DNA of 64,000 nt, taken from contig CBEUCH010000004.1 of the NCBI GenBank assembly GCA_965541585.1, forward strand, positions 128,001 to 192,000, in the 5' to 3' direction. Both the position numbers and the translations under genes were made by a program. The DNA comes from an uncultured bacterium (lineage in GTDB: Bacteria > Zixibacteria > MSB-5A5 > UBA10806). The notes under the pieces are model-generated. The model searched no databases, was not told the DNA's origin, and saw only the letters and a program-made list of their open reading frames with translations. The number at the start of each line of letters is the position of its first letter. Position 1 is the stretch's first letter. This document shows positions 49,751 through 59,661 of the stretch, in pieces.

Positions 49751-50947
49751 ATGGAGGCGATCGCCACCAACATAGTAACCGGGCTTCAGGATATAACAGG
49801 CTATATATACCCCAATGAATACGAATTGCACTGGGGGATTCTGATTGTGCTCTATCCATATCTTACGGGCCTGGTTGCGGGTGCTTTTATCCTTGCATCG
49901 CTCGAAAGAGTATTTAATGTAAAAGCGCTGCAGCCGGTTTACAGGTTATCCCTTTTATCCGCATTGGCATTCCTGTTTATAGCGCCCCTGCCGCTTCTGG
50001 CTCATCTCGGCCATCCGCAACGTTCTTTTGAAATGTTTCTGACACCGCATACGCAGTCGGCGATGGCTATGTTCGGGTTCGTTTACGCCTGGTATCTCAT
50101 GGTTGTATTGTTGCTGGAGATCTGGTTTGATTACCGGAAGGATATTATAACCTGGTCACGGGAAAAAAAGGGAATCACGAAGTATCTTTACCGGATACTT
50201 TCGCTGGGTGCAATGGACATGTCAAAGGAATCTCTACAATTCGATAGAAAGATAGGCAAATTCATCACCATTATAGGTATCCCGTCCGCATTCCTTCTGC
50301 ATGGTTATGTGGGATTTATTTTCGGATCGATCAAGGCCAATCCCTGGTGGAGCAGCGTCCTGATGCCGATAGTCTTCCTCTTTTCGGCAATCGTCTCCGG
50401 TATCGCATTGATTCTGGTGATATACATGATTACTACTTTGTTTCGCTGGAAACAGATGGATATGTCCTGCCTCAACAAGCTGGCGGAGTTTCTGATCTAT
50501 GCCATGATTGTCGATTTTTCGTTGGAGCTTCTGGATTTCATTCAGCGGCTCTACGAATCGGAAGAATCCATCAATATATTGTCGCAAATGATATCCAGCA
50601 GGTTATTCCTCAGCCTGATAATCTCGCAAATCCTTCTCGGCGGCGTCATACCAATGGTGGCACTGGTCTGGGCAAGGTTCGGCAAAGTGCCGGATGAGAT
50701 GCGGAGGATAGCTTATTTTCTCGCTGCCATCCTGGTGCAGGTAGGTATTTTCAGCACCCGATGGAACGTTGTGATTGGCGGACAGCTATTCTCCAAGAGT
50801 CTCAGAGGCCTGACGGTTTACAAGGTAGAGTTTTTTGGGCTTGAGGGCTTATTGATGACAATCCTGTTATTGATTGCGCCGCTCGCTATCTTATTCGTAC
50901 TCTCCAAGGTGCTGCCTCCGTGGCCCGATGCGGAGGTGAAAATATGA
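49751..50947 (+). CDS. nrfD: NrfD/PsrC-family quinone-interacting membrane subunit
   Basis: WGILIVLYPYLTGLVAG, HLGHPQR, S.MAMFG, HGYVGFIF, RWNVVIGGQ; about 10 TM segments. Confidence 0.9.
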   Translation: MEAIATNIVTGLQDITGYIYPNEYELHWGILIVLYPYLTGLVAGAFILASLERVFNVKALQPVYRLSLLSALAFLFIAPLPLLAHLGHPQRSFEMFLTPHTQSAMAMFGFVYAWYLMVVLLLEIWFDYRKDIITWSREKKGITKYLYRILSLGAMDMSKESLQFDRKIGKFITIIGIPSAFLLHGYVGFIFGSIKANPWWSSVLMPIVFLFSAIVSGIALILVIYMITTLFRWKQMDMSCLNKLAEFLIYAMIVDFSLELLDFIQRLYESEESINILSQMISSRLFLSLIISQILLGGVIPMVALVWARFGKVPDEMRRIAYFLAAILVQVGIFSTRWNVVIGGQLFSKSLRGLTVYKVEFFGLEGLLMTILLLIAPLAILFVLSKVLPPWPDAEVKI

Positions 50948-51147
50948 TATTGCCATGACGGAGATGCAGGGCATATAGAATCAGTGCCTGGATTGGCATT
51001 TATCTCATCATCCTTACTTGATATCAGACGAGACCCTTTAATCATCAGTCAGCGTCTATCGGCATTCAGTTGACAAAATAATGTCGGGCCTTTATCTTCT
51101 CCCCCAGTGGATATTCCAATCACCTCTAAATCGTGAGGGAGCGACGG

Positions 51148-51633
51148 ATGAGAGAATCGACCCAACAGTCTTTAGATACCCTCTCAATAGGTATTAATGC
51201 GGAATTAGCGGCCTACATTTTCTATAAACGGGCCTCTGAAAAAATCGAAGATCAAGCGATCGTCGCCATGTTAACCAATCTGGCCGCTGAAGAGAAAAAT
51301 CATTACTGGATGCTTGAAAGCGAATATGATAGCCTGGTCCGCTCTGAAAAATGGATTTCCTACAATGACATCATGCGGAAGGACGGCCTGCCGGAAATAC
51401 CGGATGAGATGTCCGAAAAGCACAAAAAAAGACTGGATGCTTTAGAAACCACATCCGATATCCGGTCGATACTCGAGATGGCCCTGACGCTGGAAGAAGA
51501 GGCACGCGATTTTTATCGTTCTCAGATCGATAAGATCGATGACCCTCTGGCCGTAGAGATATTCACATTCTTAAGCAAGTTTGAACAGGGACATATCAAC
51601 CTCATTAGCGGCTGGCTTGCGAAACTGGGGTAG
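51148..51633 (+). CDS. Rubrerythrin/ferritin-like di-iron protein
   Basis: Duplicated E...FY.....LA.EE..H / LEE....FY......FEQGH motifs; ATG 51148 after SD GAGGGAG. Confidence 0.85.
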   Translation: MRESTQQSLDTLSIGINAELAAYIFYKRASEKIEDQAIVAMLTNLAAEEKNHYWMLESEYDSLVRSEKWISYNDIMRKDGLPEIPDEMSEKHKKRLDALETTSDIRSILEMALTLEEEARDFYRSQIDKIDDPLAVEIFTFLSKFEQGHINLISGWLAKLG

Positions 51634-51663
51634 GGAAGATTATCGAATATGACCCCGCAAGTA

Positions 51664-52269
51664 TTACAGCGGGAGGACCAGAAATATCATAACATCCCAG
51701 ACAGCGTGCGAGATTATAGCCGGCCAGAGCGACCTGAACCGCATATAGATCCAGCCCCAGAATAAACCGCATATCAAGGCGGCCATAAACAGTACGAAAT
51801 TGGCGGCCCAGAGGTGAACGGCAGCATATATAAACGCTCCTGCAATCCAGCCGATAACCGCATCGTATTTTTTCGATAGAACCCTCTGCACCATCCCCCG
51901 CCAGAATATCTCCTCGGCCGGGCCAATTAGGAAGAATAATAACAGGCCGATCTTCCAGTGATCCATCTGCGCCCTCTTATCGTATATCGAATCGATCTGA
52001 TGGGATGCAAAATCAAAAATCACTCTGGAGAGAAAATCGCCACTCCAGAATACGACGTACAATACTGCCGCCGAAAAGAGACCCCAGAAGATATAGTTTC
52101 TTTTAAATTCGAATAACGCCCTGCGATCATCACCGGAGAACGCAATCGACCAAGCGGCCAGAAGACCTGCCGCTACGGTCATTCCCCACCAGAAATCAAC
52201 GAGTTCGAGGCCGAATAGCACCAGCCAGAAAAGGGCGGCAAAAACCGCCCCGGTTATCATCGGAAGCAC
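51664..52269 (-). CDS. CPBP (CAAX/Abi) intramembrane metalloprotease family protein
   Basis: AEEIFWRG, YAAVH, SHAVWD. Confidence 0.9.
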   Translation of the reverse strand: MLPMITGAVFAALFWLVLFGLELVDFWWGMTVAAGLLAAWSIAFSGDDRRALFEFKRNYIFWGLFSAAVLYVVFWSGDFLSRVIFDFASHQIDSIYDKRAQMDHWKIGLLLFFLIGPAEEIFWRGMVQRVLSKKYDAVIGWIAGAFIYAAVHLWAANFVLFMAALICGLFWGWIYMRFRSLWPAIISHAVWDVMIFLVLPL

Positions 52270-52279
52270 GGAAATCCTA

Positions 52280-53197
52280 TCACGCTACGAATTTGTTCAA
52301 TACAAACGATATGGTCAGCAGGATTCCGAACAGAAAATGAAACTGCGCGGTCTGAACATCGACCAACGCCAACGACGGGTCGCTTTTTTCAAGTTTCGGA
52401 TTGACTGTTTTCATCAGTTTCAATGCAATGGGCAGGGTTAGAAGGACAATCAGCGACCACGGGGAGATGGTCCTCGCAACGACCATAATCAATACGGATA
52501 TATAGGCCCCGATTACAAGGATGTAATAGAAAAATGCGGCGAATTTTCTGCCGCCTATAGTGGACGCTGTTTTGAATCCCGCGCGGGCGTCATTCTCGAT
52601 ATCCCTGAAATCGTTGGCCTGCAGGATGGCCGCTACCAGACATCCCACCGGCAGGCTGACCCAGATGACATGCCACCCGAAAGGTAACCCCTGAGCCAGG
52701 TATCCTCCCAGAACCATTAAGGGCCCCATCATCAGAAATACCCAGGGTTCGCCCAGGCCACGGTATTTGGTGCCGATCGGATCGGCTGTATAAAATACCC
52801 CCCCGATTAAACCGACTATGCCCAGAATCAGGATTGGCATTCCTCTCAGATAAACCAGCCATAGCCCGAGAGCAATACCGATTATCCATAGAACTATGCT
52901 GCCCCACAGGATCTGCTTCGGCTTCATCAGTCCGAACGGCAGGATCTTTGAAGATCCATAGATCTCTTTTGTATCAAAACCCTTGATAAAATCGAAATAA
53001 TCCGAGATCAGGTTCGTGGCGGCGTGATATATAACACCCGCAAATAACGCTATAACAAAGATTCCCCAGTTGAAACCGCTTTCCATCTCCAGCCAGGCCA
53101 GAAACGATCCGACCAGTACCGGGACCGCCGAGGCGGTGAACGAAAAAGCTCTCACTGCCTGAAACCACAATGCCAGCTTTGATTTTTGCTCCGACAT
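52280..53197 (-). CDS. menA: 1,4-dihydroxy-2-naphthoate prenyltransferase (UbiA family)
   Basis: RAFSFTAS, NLISDYFDFIKGFD, KYRGLGE, NDFRDIENDA..G.KT; start at ATG 53197 (MSEQK). Confidence 0.85.
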   Translation of the reverse strand: MSEQKSKLALWFQAVRAFSFTASAVPVLVGSFLAWLEMESGFNWGIFVIALFAGVIYHAATNLISDYFDFIKGFDTKEIYGSSKILPFGLMKPKQILWGSIVLWIIGIALGLWLVYLRGMPILILGIVGLIGGVFYTADPIGTKYRGLGEPWVFLMMGPLMVLGGYLAQGLPFGWHVIWVSLPVGCLVAAILQANDFRDIENDARAGFKTASTIGGRKFAAFFYYILVIGAYISVLIMVVARTISPWSLIVLLTLPIALKLMKTVNPKLEKSDPSLALVDVQTAQFHFLFGILLTISFVLNKFVA

Positions 53198-53198
53198 T

Positions 53199-53720
53199 TC
53201 AAACCTCCATGCTGTCTGCGCCAAGCGCTGTTCTATATGCATTGAATGCGGCATCGTCGAAAAGGACGAAGCCGACACTCGCGATGAAATTCGAGTCTTT
53301 CAAATAATCCCGGGTGGCCTTTATCATAACCTCCGCCGCCTTATCGAGTGGAAAACCTCCGACGCCGGTGCCCAACGCCGGGAAATCAATCGATTCAAGG
53401 CTCAGTTCGTCGGCCCGCAGAAGCGAGTTATATGTCGCCATCCGGATCATGTTCTCATCCGTTTTCAAATCCTGCCCCATTACGGCGGCATGGACGACAT
53501 ATTTGTTGGGAAGCGAACCGGCCGTGGTGACAACCGCCTCTCCCACCTGAATCGGCCCTCTGGATACCGCCTCGTCCTCTATATCCTGGCCGCCCTTGCG
53601 CTTGATCGCTCCCGCCACTCCCGCTCCCATCCAGAGATGGTTGTTGGCAGCGTTGACGATGGCATCGGCTGTCGATTCGGTGATGTCTCCTTTTATTACT
53701 CTGATTGTTTTCCCCGGCAT
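53199..53720 (-). CDS. Macro domain protein (ADP-ribose binding/hydrolase)
   Basis: GDIT, DAIVNAAN, GAGVAGAI, HAAVM, FPALGTGVGGF. Confidence 0.93.
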   Translation of the reverse strand: MPGKTIRVIKGDITESTADAIVNAANNHLWMGAGVAGAIKRKGGQDIEDEAVSRGPIQVGEAVVTTAGSLPNKYVVHAAVMGQDLKTDENMIRMATYNSLLRADELSLESIDFPALGTGVGGFPLDKAAEVMIKATRDYLKDSNFIASVGFVLFDDAAFNAYRTALGADSMEV

Positions 53721-53722
53721 GA

Positions 53723-54298
53723 TTAAGAATCCACTTTTATTTTTCGAGCATCAAGATACTTTCCGATTTTCTCCGGCGCAAGTTTTTTCGTCAGGTAGAT
53801 CAATCCCAGCCCGATAGCGGCTCCGTAAACTGCACCCGCTACCACGTCCGATGGATAATGCACACCCTGATAGACCCGCCCGATCGCAACCAGAGTGGCG
53901 ACGGGATAAAGATAGTAGCGCGTTGATTTGTAAAAGCCACCGATCACCACGGCCAGACCAAACATGTTGGCGGCATGTGATGACGGAAAACTGAAAACCC
54001 CTCCGCAACCGTCGACAACCCGTACCCAGATAAGCGACGGGTCATGGCAGGGCCGGATACGCCCCACCAACGGTTTTGCGATCCGGTAGATTGTTGGGTC
54101 TATTATCAAAGCCGCCAGCGCTGCCAGCGCCACCATCCAGCGTCCTCTGGGGCCGCCCTTCCAGAGTAGCATGATAGAGATAAGGACCACCGGCCAGCGC
54201 CAGATATCGAAATTGCAGATGTAGGAAAAAAAATAATCAAGCGGGGGCATCGCGATGGTATTATTGAAGAATTTCAAAAGCGCCAGATCTATCGGCAA
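53723..54298 (-). CDS. PAP2-family phosphatase
   Basis: K...GRIRP, SFPSSHA, GRVYQGVHYPSD. Confidence 0.92.
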   Translation of the reverse strand: MPIDLALLKFFNNTIAMPPLDYFFSYICNFDIWRWPVVLISIMLLWKGGPRGRWMVALAALAALIIDPTIYRIAKPLVGRIRPCHDPSLIWVRVVDGCGGVFSFPSSHAANMFGLAVVIGGFYKSTRYYLYPVATLVAIGRVYQGVHYPSDVVAGAVYGAAIGLGLIYLTKKLAPEKIGKYLDARKIKVDS

Positions 54299-54448
54299 GT
54301 TGCCTCCTTATTGAGCAGATAATATACCATGGAATAGAGATTGACAAACAGCAATTACATCATTATAGAACTAAAGAATCGTATTGTAAAGATATCGGGT
54401 TAATTAACGATTAATCCTGATGCGGTACTTCTATTTAGGGGGAATGCA

Positions 54449-55180
54449 ATGAGAACCATCGTATCGCTTGGCGTTATTACGATATTATTGTAGTTTACCT
54501 TCACTCTATCAGGTCAGGAAACGGAATCTGAAATTAAGATTCTGCGGGTGAGGTCGTTTCATGGAAACGAAGTTGACGCTGTATCCGGAGAGGTCTGGTT
54601 CGGGCTGTATCCCTCGGAGGATGGATTCGAACTGATTCGATCCGAAATTTCAGTTGAGCAGGTTTTTGATCCTATCATGGATGCGGATGATAGCGCCGGG
54701 ACCGGTAAGAAAATTTCGGTCGATTATCCAACAGAACCACTTTTTCTGGTGAAGGGATTGGAAAACTTGATAGAAGGTATGGTAAAAACTGCTTTCTCAG
54801 GTAGAAGGTTTATATATCCTGGTGAGACTTTGAGCTTCGAATTCGAAGAAAGAGATTACTATGCTATGGCCGCATTTGGCGAGGTTGCGGACGCCGGTAT
54901 CGCAAGGCCTTTTCATTTTAAATATCGTGATTATCAAATAAAATTCTCACACACTCCTTGGGCCAATACTCAACTGATAGCCTCTTTTGCTGGTCTGTCA
55001 ATTGATAGATCGCCGGCTCTTCTCTGGGCCGGTGATCTGGACAGAGATGGCAAGCTCGACTTATTGATGGATCTAACCTATCACTACAATGTTACTCTTT
55101 ACTCTCTTTTCCTTTCGTCCGCCGCTGAAGGGGATAAACTTGTGAAGCTCGTGTCTCAATTTAGAAATACAGGATGTTGA
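54449..55180 (+). pseudogene. Secreted hypothetical protein interrupted by an in-frame TAG in its signal peptide
   Basis: SD AGGGGG, ATG 54449: MRTIVSLGVITILL*FTFTLSGQETESEIKILRVRSFHG..., in frame with ORF 54548..55180 (WAGDLDRDGKLDLL, FG-GAP-like). Confidence 0.6.
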
Positions 55181-55218
55181 GATAAATAGAGATTAATAGA
55201 GTATTCAAAGGTCAATAA

Positions 55219-55983
55219 TTGGATTTGGGTGATTATTTGGCAAACCGGAAAGCACCTATACGCTTGGCGTGGCAAAATAAAGTAATCACAATAACGTTCC
55301 TATCAGCTGCAGCCATCATGCTTTTATGCTTGATAAGTGGTTGCACCGTCATCGGTCTTGCCATCGGCGCAAGTGCCGATCGGGAAAAACCCGATAAAAA
55401 GGATTACGCCATCTCAGAAATTGAACGTATTCAACCGGGAAAGGAAGTTACCGTTGTCCTTAATACGAAAGATATGATAAGCGGGGAATACGTACGGACG
55501 ACCCGGATTACCGATCAGGAATACGATTCGATTTTTAGCGAATTTCGCGAAAAATCATACAACCTGTCTGGAATCCCGGCGCCGGGCGATACCATCACAA
55601 TATTCGATCTGACGGGTAGACGATGGACGTTCGAGTTAATAGACTATAACTATGATTATTTAAGAGTCAAGCCCGCTGGAGAAACTGAGCCAATAGTGTT
55701 TTTAATCAGGAATATTGCCGAAATCACTGCCGGAAATGAAACCACGATTTCCGTGGAAGAACTGAAGATGATGATCGCGGAAAAGAAAATACCGGTTATT
55801 CAGGCGATGGCCTTAAATATAAATGGCGATACAGTAGTTATAGCGGCGAGCAGGGTCGATCGCGTATTCAGCATTGATAAGAAAAATCGGATCTGGAAAG
55901 GCATGGCTATGGGGCTTGCTATCGATTTAGCCTTAGTGATCTGGTTCGTCACACAGCTTCCCCTCGATTTTGGTTTAAGGTAG
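55219..55983 (+). CDS. Hypothetical lipoprotein/membrane protein
   Basis: LISGC lipobox followed by TVIGLAIGA; C-terminal TM helix; start uncertain. Confidence 0.6.
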   Translation: MDLGDYLANRKAPIRLAWQNKVITITFLSAAAIMLLCLISGCTVIGLAIGASADREKPDKKDYAISEIERIQPGKEVTVVLNTKDMISGEYVRTTRITDQEYDSIFSEFREKSYNLSGIPAPGDTITIFDLTGRRWTFELIDYNYDYLRVKPAGETEPIVFLIRNIAEITAGNETTISVEELKMMIAEKKIPVIQAMALNINGDTVVIAASRVDRVFSIDKKNRIWKGMAMGLAIDLALVIWFVTQLPLDFGLR

Positions 55984-56134
55984 TCATCCCAAGGACGCCG
56001 GACTGAATATATTGGTGGCGACAAAACCCATAATATTAAGAATTACGAATTATAATACGTGGCGTTTTAAATTTTGGCAGACGGTTGATCAGGATCACCA
56101 AAACCACGGGGTCTTGACTACAAAGATAGGGAAA

Positions 56135-57085
56135 TCACTCCGACCCCACGGCCTCGCGTTCGGGATGTGCTGTTTTTATGAGAGCTTCTACCTCCTCCAA
56201 TTCCGGTATACCTCGTCGGCCGCCCAGCCGGGTGCATTTCAACGCCGCCGTTGCGGAGGCGAATTCCAGTATCCGGGGAAGCTCCCATCCCTGAATCAGG
56301 CCATAGACATATGCGCCGTGGAAGACGTCGCCGGCGCCAGTAGTATCGACAACATTGACCTTGAAAGCCTCTTGCTGAAATAGCTCGCCATCGGACGTGG
56401 CGCCGATGCTGCCTCTGCGACCGGATGTTATGACAACCGATTTGAAGCCCATGTGAGCCAGTTTCAAGGCCGCTCTCCCGGGATCAACTTCCTGGGTGAA
56501 ATCCAGTGAAAATCGGTTTGACACCACCAGGTGGTCGACATAGGGGAGAATATCGCCGATATTTTTCCTCGGAGAACCGGCGTCCAGAATCACCTCACCG
56601 CCCGTTTTTCTCGCCAGCAGAGCGGCGGTTAATGACGTCTCCGGTTCGCGGCCATCGATGAGCAAAAATTTCGCTCTTTGAATAACGGCGGCATTCAACT
56701 CGTCCGGTGATAGAGCCGATGTTTCGGTTCTATCGAGTATCACCGTTCTTTTGCCGCTCTCTTTTTCCACAATGACGAAGGCCCGGGGTGTTCGCGAATC
56801 GGGGTCTAAGAATAAATACCGGACATTGACCCCAAACCGACGCAACTCGTCGCGAAGCAATTTGCCATCGCCATCTTTGCCGCTCTTACCGAGAAATGCG
56901 CTACCAATTCCGAATTTCGCGAGCGTGCACAAAGCCGTCGGTACAGGCCCTCCTCCCTGTCGAGAAAAGGAGATGGCGTCAATCTTGTCGTCAAGACGGG
57001 GATAACTATCCACCACAAAGGTGTAATCCAGCGCGCAAAGCCCCAGACCGACACATTCGATTCTATTTGATCTTGACCTGGCCAT
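56135..57085 (-). CDS. PfkB-family carbohydrate kinase
   Basis: GGGPVPTA, VVDTTGAGDVFHGA; the start at ATG 57085 overlaps the end of the YigZ gene. Confidence 0.92.
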   Translation of the reverse strand: MARSRSNRIECVGLGLCALDYTFVVDSYPRLDDKIDAISFSRQGGGPVPTALCTLAKFGIGSAFLGKSGKDGDGKLLRDELRRFGVNVRYLFLDPDSRTPRAFVIVEKESGKRTVILDRTETSALSPDELNAAVIQRAKFLLIDGREPETSLTAALLARKTGGEVILDAGSPRKNIGDILPYVDHLVVSNRFSLDFTQEVDPGRAALKLAHMGFKSVVITSGRRGSIGATSDGELFQQEAFKVNVVDTTGAGDVFHGAYVYGLIQGWELPRILEFASATAALKCTRLGGRRGIPELEEVEALIKTAHPEREAVGSE

Positions 57086-57680
57086 TGGTAGCTTCCGTAA
57101 TTTTGGCCTTGAAGGCGGCCATTTTCGATGCCCTGACTTCCACGTCAAAGGTTACTTTTTCACCATAATGAGAATCCTTCAATTCCGCCGAGTAGCTGCT
57201 TATGATACTATGAGCGACATTGACAAAATCGAAATCGACTGAAAAAGCAATTTTGTCGGTCAAATATTTCTTTTCGGATTCACACGATTTCAAAAGCTCG
57301 TATGAAACCCTCCCGTAGGCACGCATCAACCCGCCGGTACCGAGCTTGGTGCCGCCAAAATACCTGGCTACCACCACGCAGGCATTCGAAACATTGGTGG
57401 AGTTAATAGACTTGAGTATGGGCTGACCGGCGGTTCCCGACGGTTCCCCACCGTCGTTGTAACGGTATTTTTGTCTTCGTCCCAATCCTAATTTCCAGGC
57501 GAAACAATTGTGGGTGGCATCATGAAACTCTTTCTTGATCTCCTCTATGAACGTCCGTGCATCTTTCTCGGTCTCGACCGGTGTAGCGCTGGCGATAAAT
57601 TTGCTGCCCTTGATCTTTTCCTCCGACCGGCATCTCCCCTTTAACTGTACGAACTGGTCGGTACTCGATCTACGATTCAT
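57063..57680 (-). CDS. YigZ/IMPACT family protein
   Basis: KGSKFIA, ATHNCFAW, DGGEPSGTAG.PIL, RYFGGTKLGTGGLMRAY. Confidence 0.94.
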   Translation of the reverse strand: MNRRSSTDQFVQLKGRCRSEEKIKGSKFIASATPVETEKDARTFIEEIKKEFHDATHNCFAWKLGLGRRQKYRYNDGGEPSGTAGQPILKSINSTNVSNACVVVARYFGGTKLGTGGLMRAYGRVSYELLKSCESEKKYLTDKIAFSVDFDFVNVAHSIISSYSAELKDSHYGEKVTFDVEVRASKMAAFKAKITEATNGQVKIK

Positions 57681-57924
57681 CCTGATCCCCTCGCGAGAAT
57701 TGGTCGGCCAGCCGAACGACTCTGCTCTTATAAATCAATTTGAAAAGATCGACATTTTCGGGCTCCTCATCGGCGTATTCAGCTTCGACCTGCTCATATA
57801 ATCTCAAAGCCCGCTCGGCCGTCATACCGCTGGTCATTATTTTCCGGCATAAGTCGTCGATCTTCGCTCTGGCATCCAGATAACAGTCGCTGTATCCTCT
57901 TTTACCGGACATTGAAAGACTCAT
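57670..57924 (-). CDS. Small hypothetical protein
   Basis: Fills the gap between dprA and yigZ in the same orientation; helical, ending LFKLIYKSRVVRLADQF. Confidence 0.6.
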   Translation of the reverse strand: MSLSMSGKRGYSDCYLDARAKIDDLCRKIMTSGMTAERALRLYEQVEAEYADEEPENVDLFKLIYKSRVVRLADQFSRGDQDES

Positions 57925-57930
57925 GACAAC

Positions 57931-58818
57931 TTAGACCATGTATTCCATAATTTCGTCAACCGAGTCCACATCTTTAATTATTGGTCCGGGCGAATCCTTT
58001 ATTGCATCAAATTTCAGGTCGCCTTCCGGGTCGCAATAGAAAAGCGGTTTTGCCTGTTTCAAAGCGTAAGCTGCTGTTCTCAATTCGCCTTTCGTTTCCT
58101 TACCAACCTGGACGACAACAACTGCTCTGGAAAAAGCGGAGATCAATCGATTTCTGAGAACCAATCCGGACTTGCTCACCTTCTTAAAAGGCTGGTATTC
58201 CGAGATCAGAATGCCGGATTTGGCGATCAGTTCAGCTAAGGATTTGTTTTCCGCCGGGTATATATCGAGAAAGCCGCATCCCAGGACGGCTATGCTTAGC
58301 CCCTGTTCCTTTAAGGCTCCCAGATGGGCTGCGCTGTCTATTCCGGCGGCAAGACCTGATACTATGCCGAAATCCCTTCTGATAAACTCCCTGGTAAGAT
58401 CGACAGTCAGTCGAAGCCCTGCCTGGGTGGCCCTGGTGGTGCCGACAAGCGCCACGTATTTATGCGAGAAGGCATCGCGGTTGCCCATATAATAGATCAG
58501 GGGCGGCGGATCGTCTATCTCCCGTAGCATTTGAGGATAGTCGTCGTCGAGAAATGAAGCTACGTGGATATCGTTGGCCGTATAATCATAAAGTTTTTCG
58601 GTGAACAAATCGACACTATCCAGAGAGCGGAGCAGACGGTCGATTCCCTCCTCCCCGAGACGGGGAATACCGTCGAAATCGGAATGAGCGGCGTACAAAA
58701 GATCCTCCGGCGGGCCCACACGCATCAGGAGATGCTGAAACATCCTGGCGCCGATACCGCCCTCCTCGGTAATCGCCATGATGATCGATTTTCTTTCAAT
58801 GGTAATATCGTTTGGCAA
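57931..58818 (-). CDS. dprA: DNA-processing protein DprA/Smf-like (no C-terminal winged helix)
   Basis: DYPQMLREIDDPPPLIY, ALVGT, IVSGLAAGIDSAAH, IYPAEN, RNRLIS. Confidence 0.85.
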   Translation of the reverse strand: MPNDITIERKSIIMAITEEGGIGARMFQHLLMRVGPPEDLLYAAHSDFDGIPRLGEEGIDRLLRSLDSVDLFTEKLYDYTANDIHVASFLDDDYPQMLREIDDPPPLIYYMGNRDAFSHKYVALVGTTRATQAGLRLTVDLTREFIRRDFGIVSGLAAGIDSAAHLGALKEQGLSIAVLGCGFLDIYPAENKSLAELIAKSGILISEYQPFKKVSKSGLVLRNRLISAFSRAVVVVQVGKETKGELRTAAYALKQAKPLFYCDPEGDLKFDAIKDSPGPIIKDVDSVDEIMEYMV

Positions 58819-58841
58819 TCCAGGCTCCTACTATATATAAC

Positions 58842-59630
58842 CTATCTTCCCGTAGAAAAGGTCCAGACATGCTTCCTCGATGGATTCCCGGCAAGATCCT
58901 TAAAACCCTTGGAATCCTCGCCATTGACATGAAACTCATACGTGATATTCGGATAGAGGTGCAGGTTGATTGTGAAAATATTCGATTCCTCATCATAAAG
59001 TATATCGCCGTACTGCGTCCACATATCCTCGGGCGTACCGGATATCGAAGAGGTCGCCGGATTCATCGGCTCCGAAAACTCTATAATCATTTTCACATAT
59101 TGGCCGACCCGGGCTTCACCATTTTCAGGCTTAACGGAAACCACATGCGGCGGAATTTTATCCGGCAACAAAATTAGTCGTGCCATTTCAGGTATAACGG
59201 TATAGATATCTTTTAGATCGCCGCAAACAATAGGATCAAATAGTATCGGTTCGGCCTCAGCGGACTCCAGAAACCTTAACTCCACCGTGAATATCCCCCT
59301 GGACGAAAATATATGCCCGTAGACCGCGCCGGAGGCCCCCAGCGAGGGCATCAAAGATTTGAGATTGTCGATAGTGTAGTTAAGATCCGACTCGTATAAG
59401 CCCTTTTGCGTCAATAACTTTTCAAACAGATTTCTGGATACCAGGGAGCCGCCTTGTTTTTTCACATGTGACCTGAGAGAATCGCCGAAGACGCTCGATC
59501 TTCCGGCGGCCTCACCATGGCAATCGAAGTTTAGAACGAGATATCTGGCATCATCCCCGCCATATGAATCCGCCTCGAACATAAGGCTAAAGACGCATGC
59601 GGCAAGCATACATGAGAATATCCATTTCAT
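58842..59630 (-). CDS. Secreted protein with a C-terminal Big_5 Ig-like domain
   Basis: Signal peptide; DKIPPHVVSVKP, IEFSEPMN, KDLAGN...WTFST. Confidence 0.7.
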   Translation of the reverse strand: MKWIFSCMLAACVFSLMFEADSYGGDDARYLVLNFDCHGEAAGRSSVFGDSLRSHVKKQGGSLVSRNLFEKLLTQKGLYESDLNYTIDNLKSLMPSLGASGAVYGHIFSSRGIFTVELRFLESAEAEPILFDPIVCGDLKDIYTVIPEMARLILLPDKIPPHVVSVKPENGEARVGQYVKMIIEFSEPMNPATSSISGTPEDMWTQYGDILYDEESNIFTINLHLYPNITYEFHVNGEDSKGFKDLAGNPSRKHVWTFSTGR

Positions 59631-59661
59631 GATGGCAATATATCTCTGCAGCAGGTAAATG

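Noticed and set aside
54491..54493. Genome-wide TAG reassignment
   Set aside because: Several well-conserved genes here (panB, acpS, cinA, pyrE, rplY) end at TAG at their expected C-termini.
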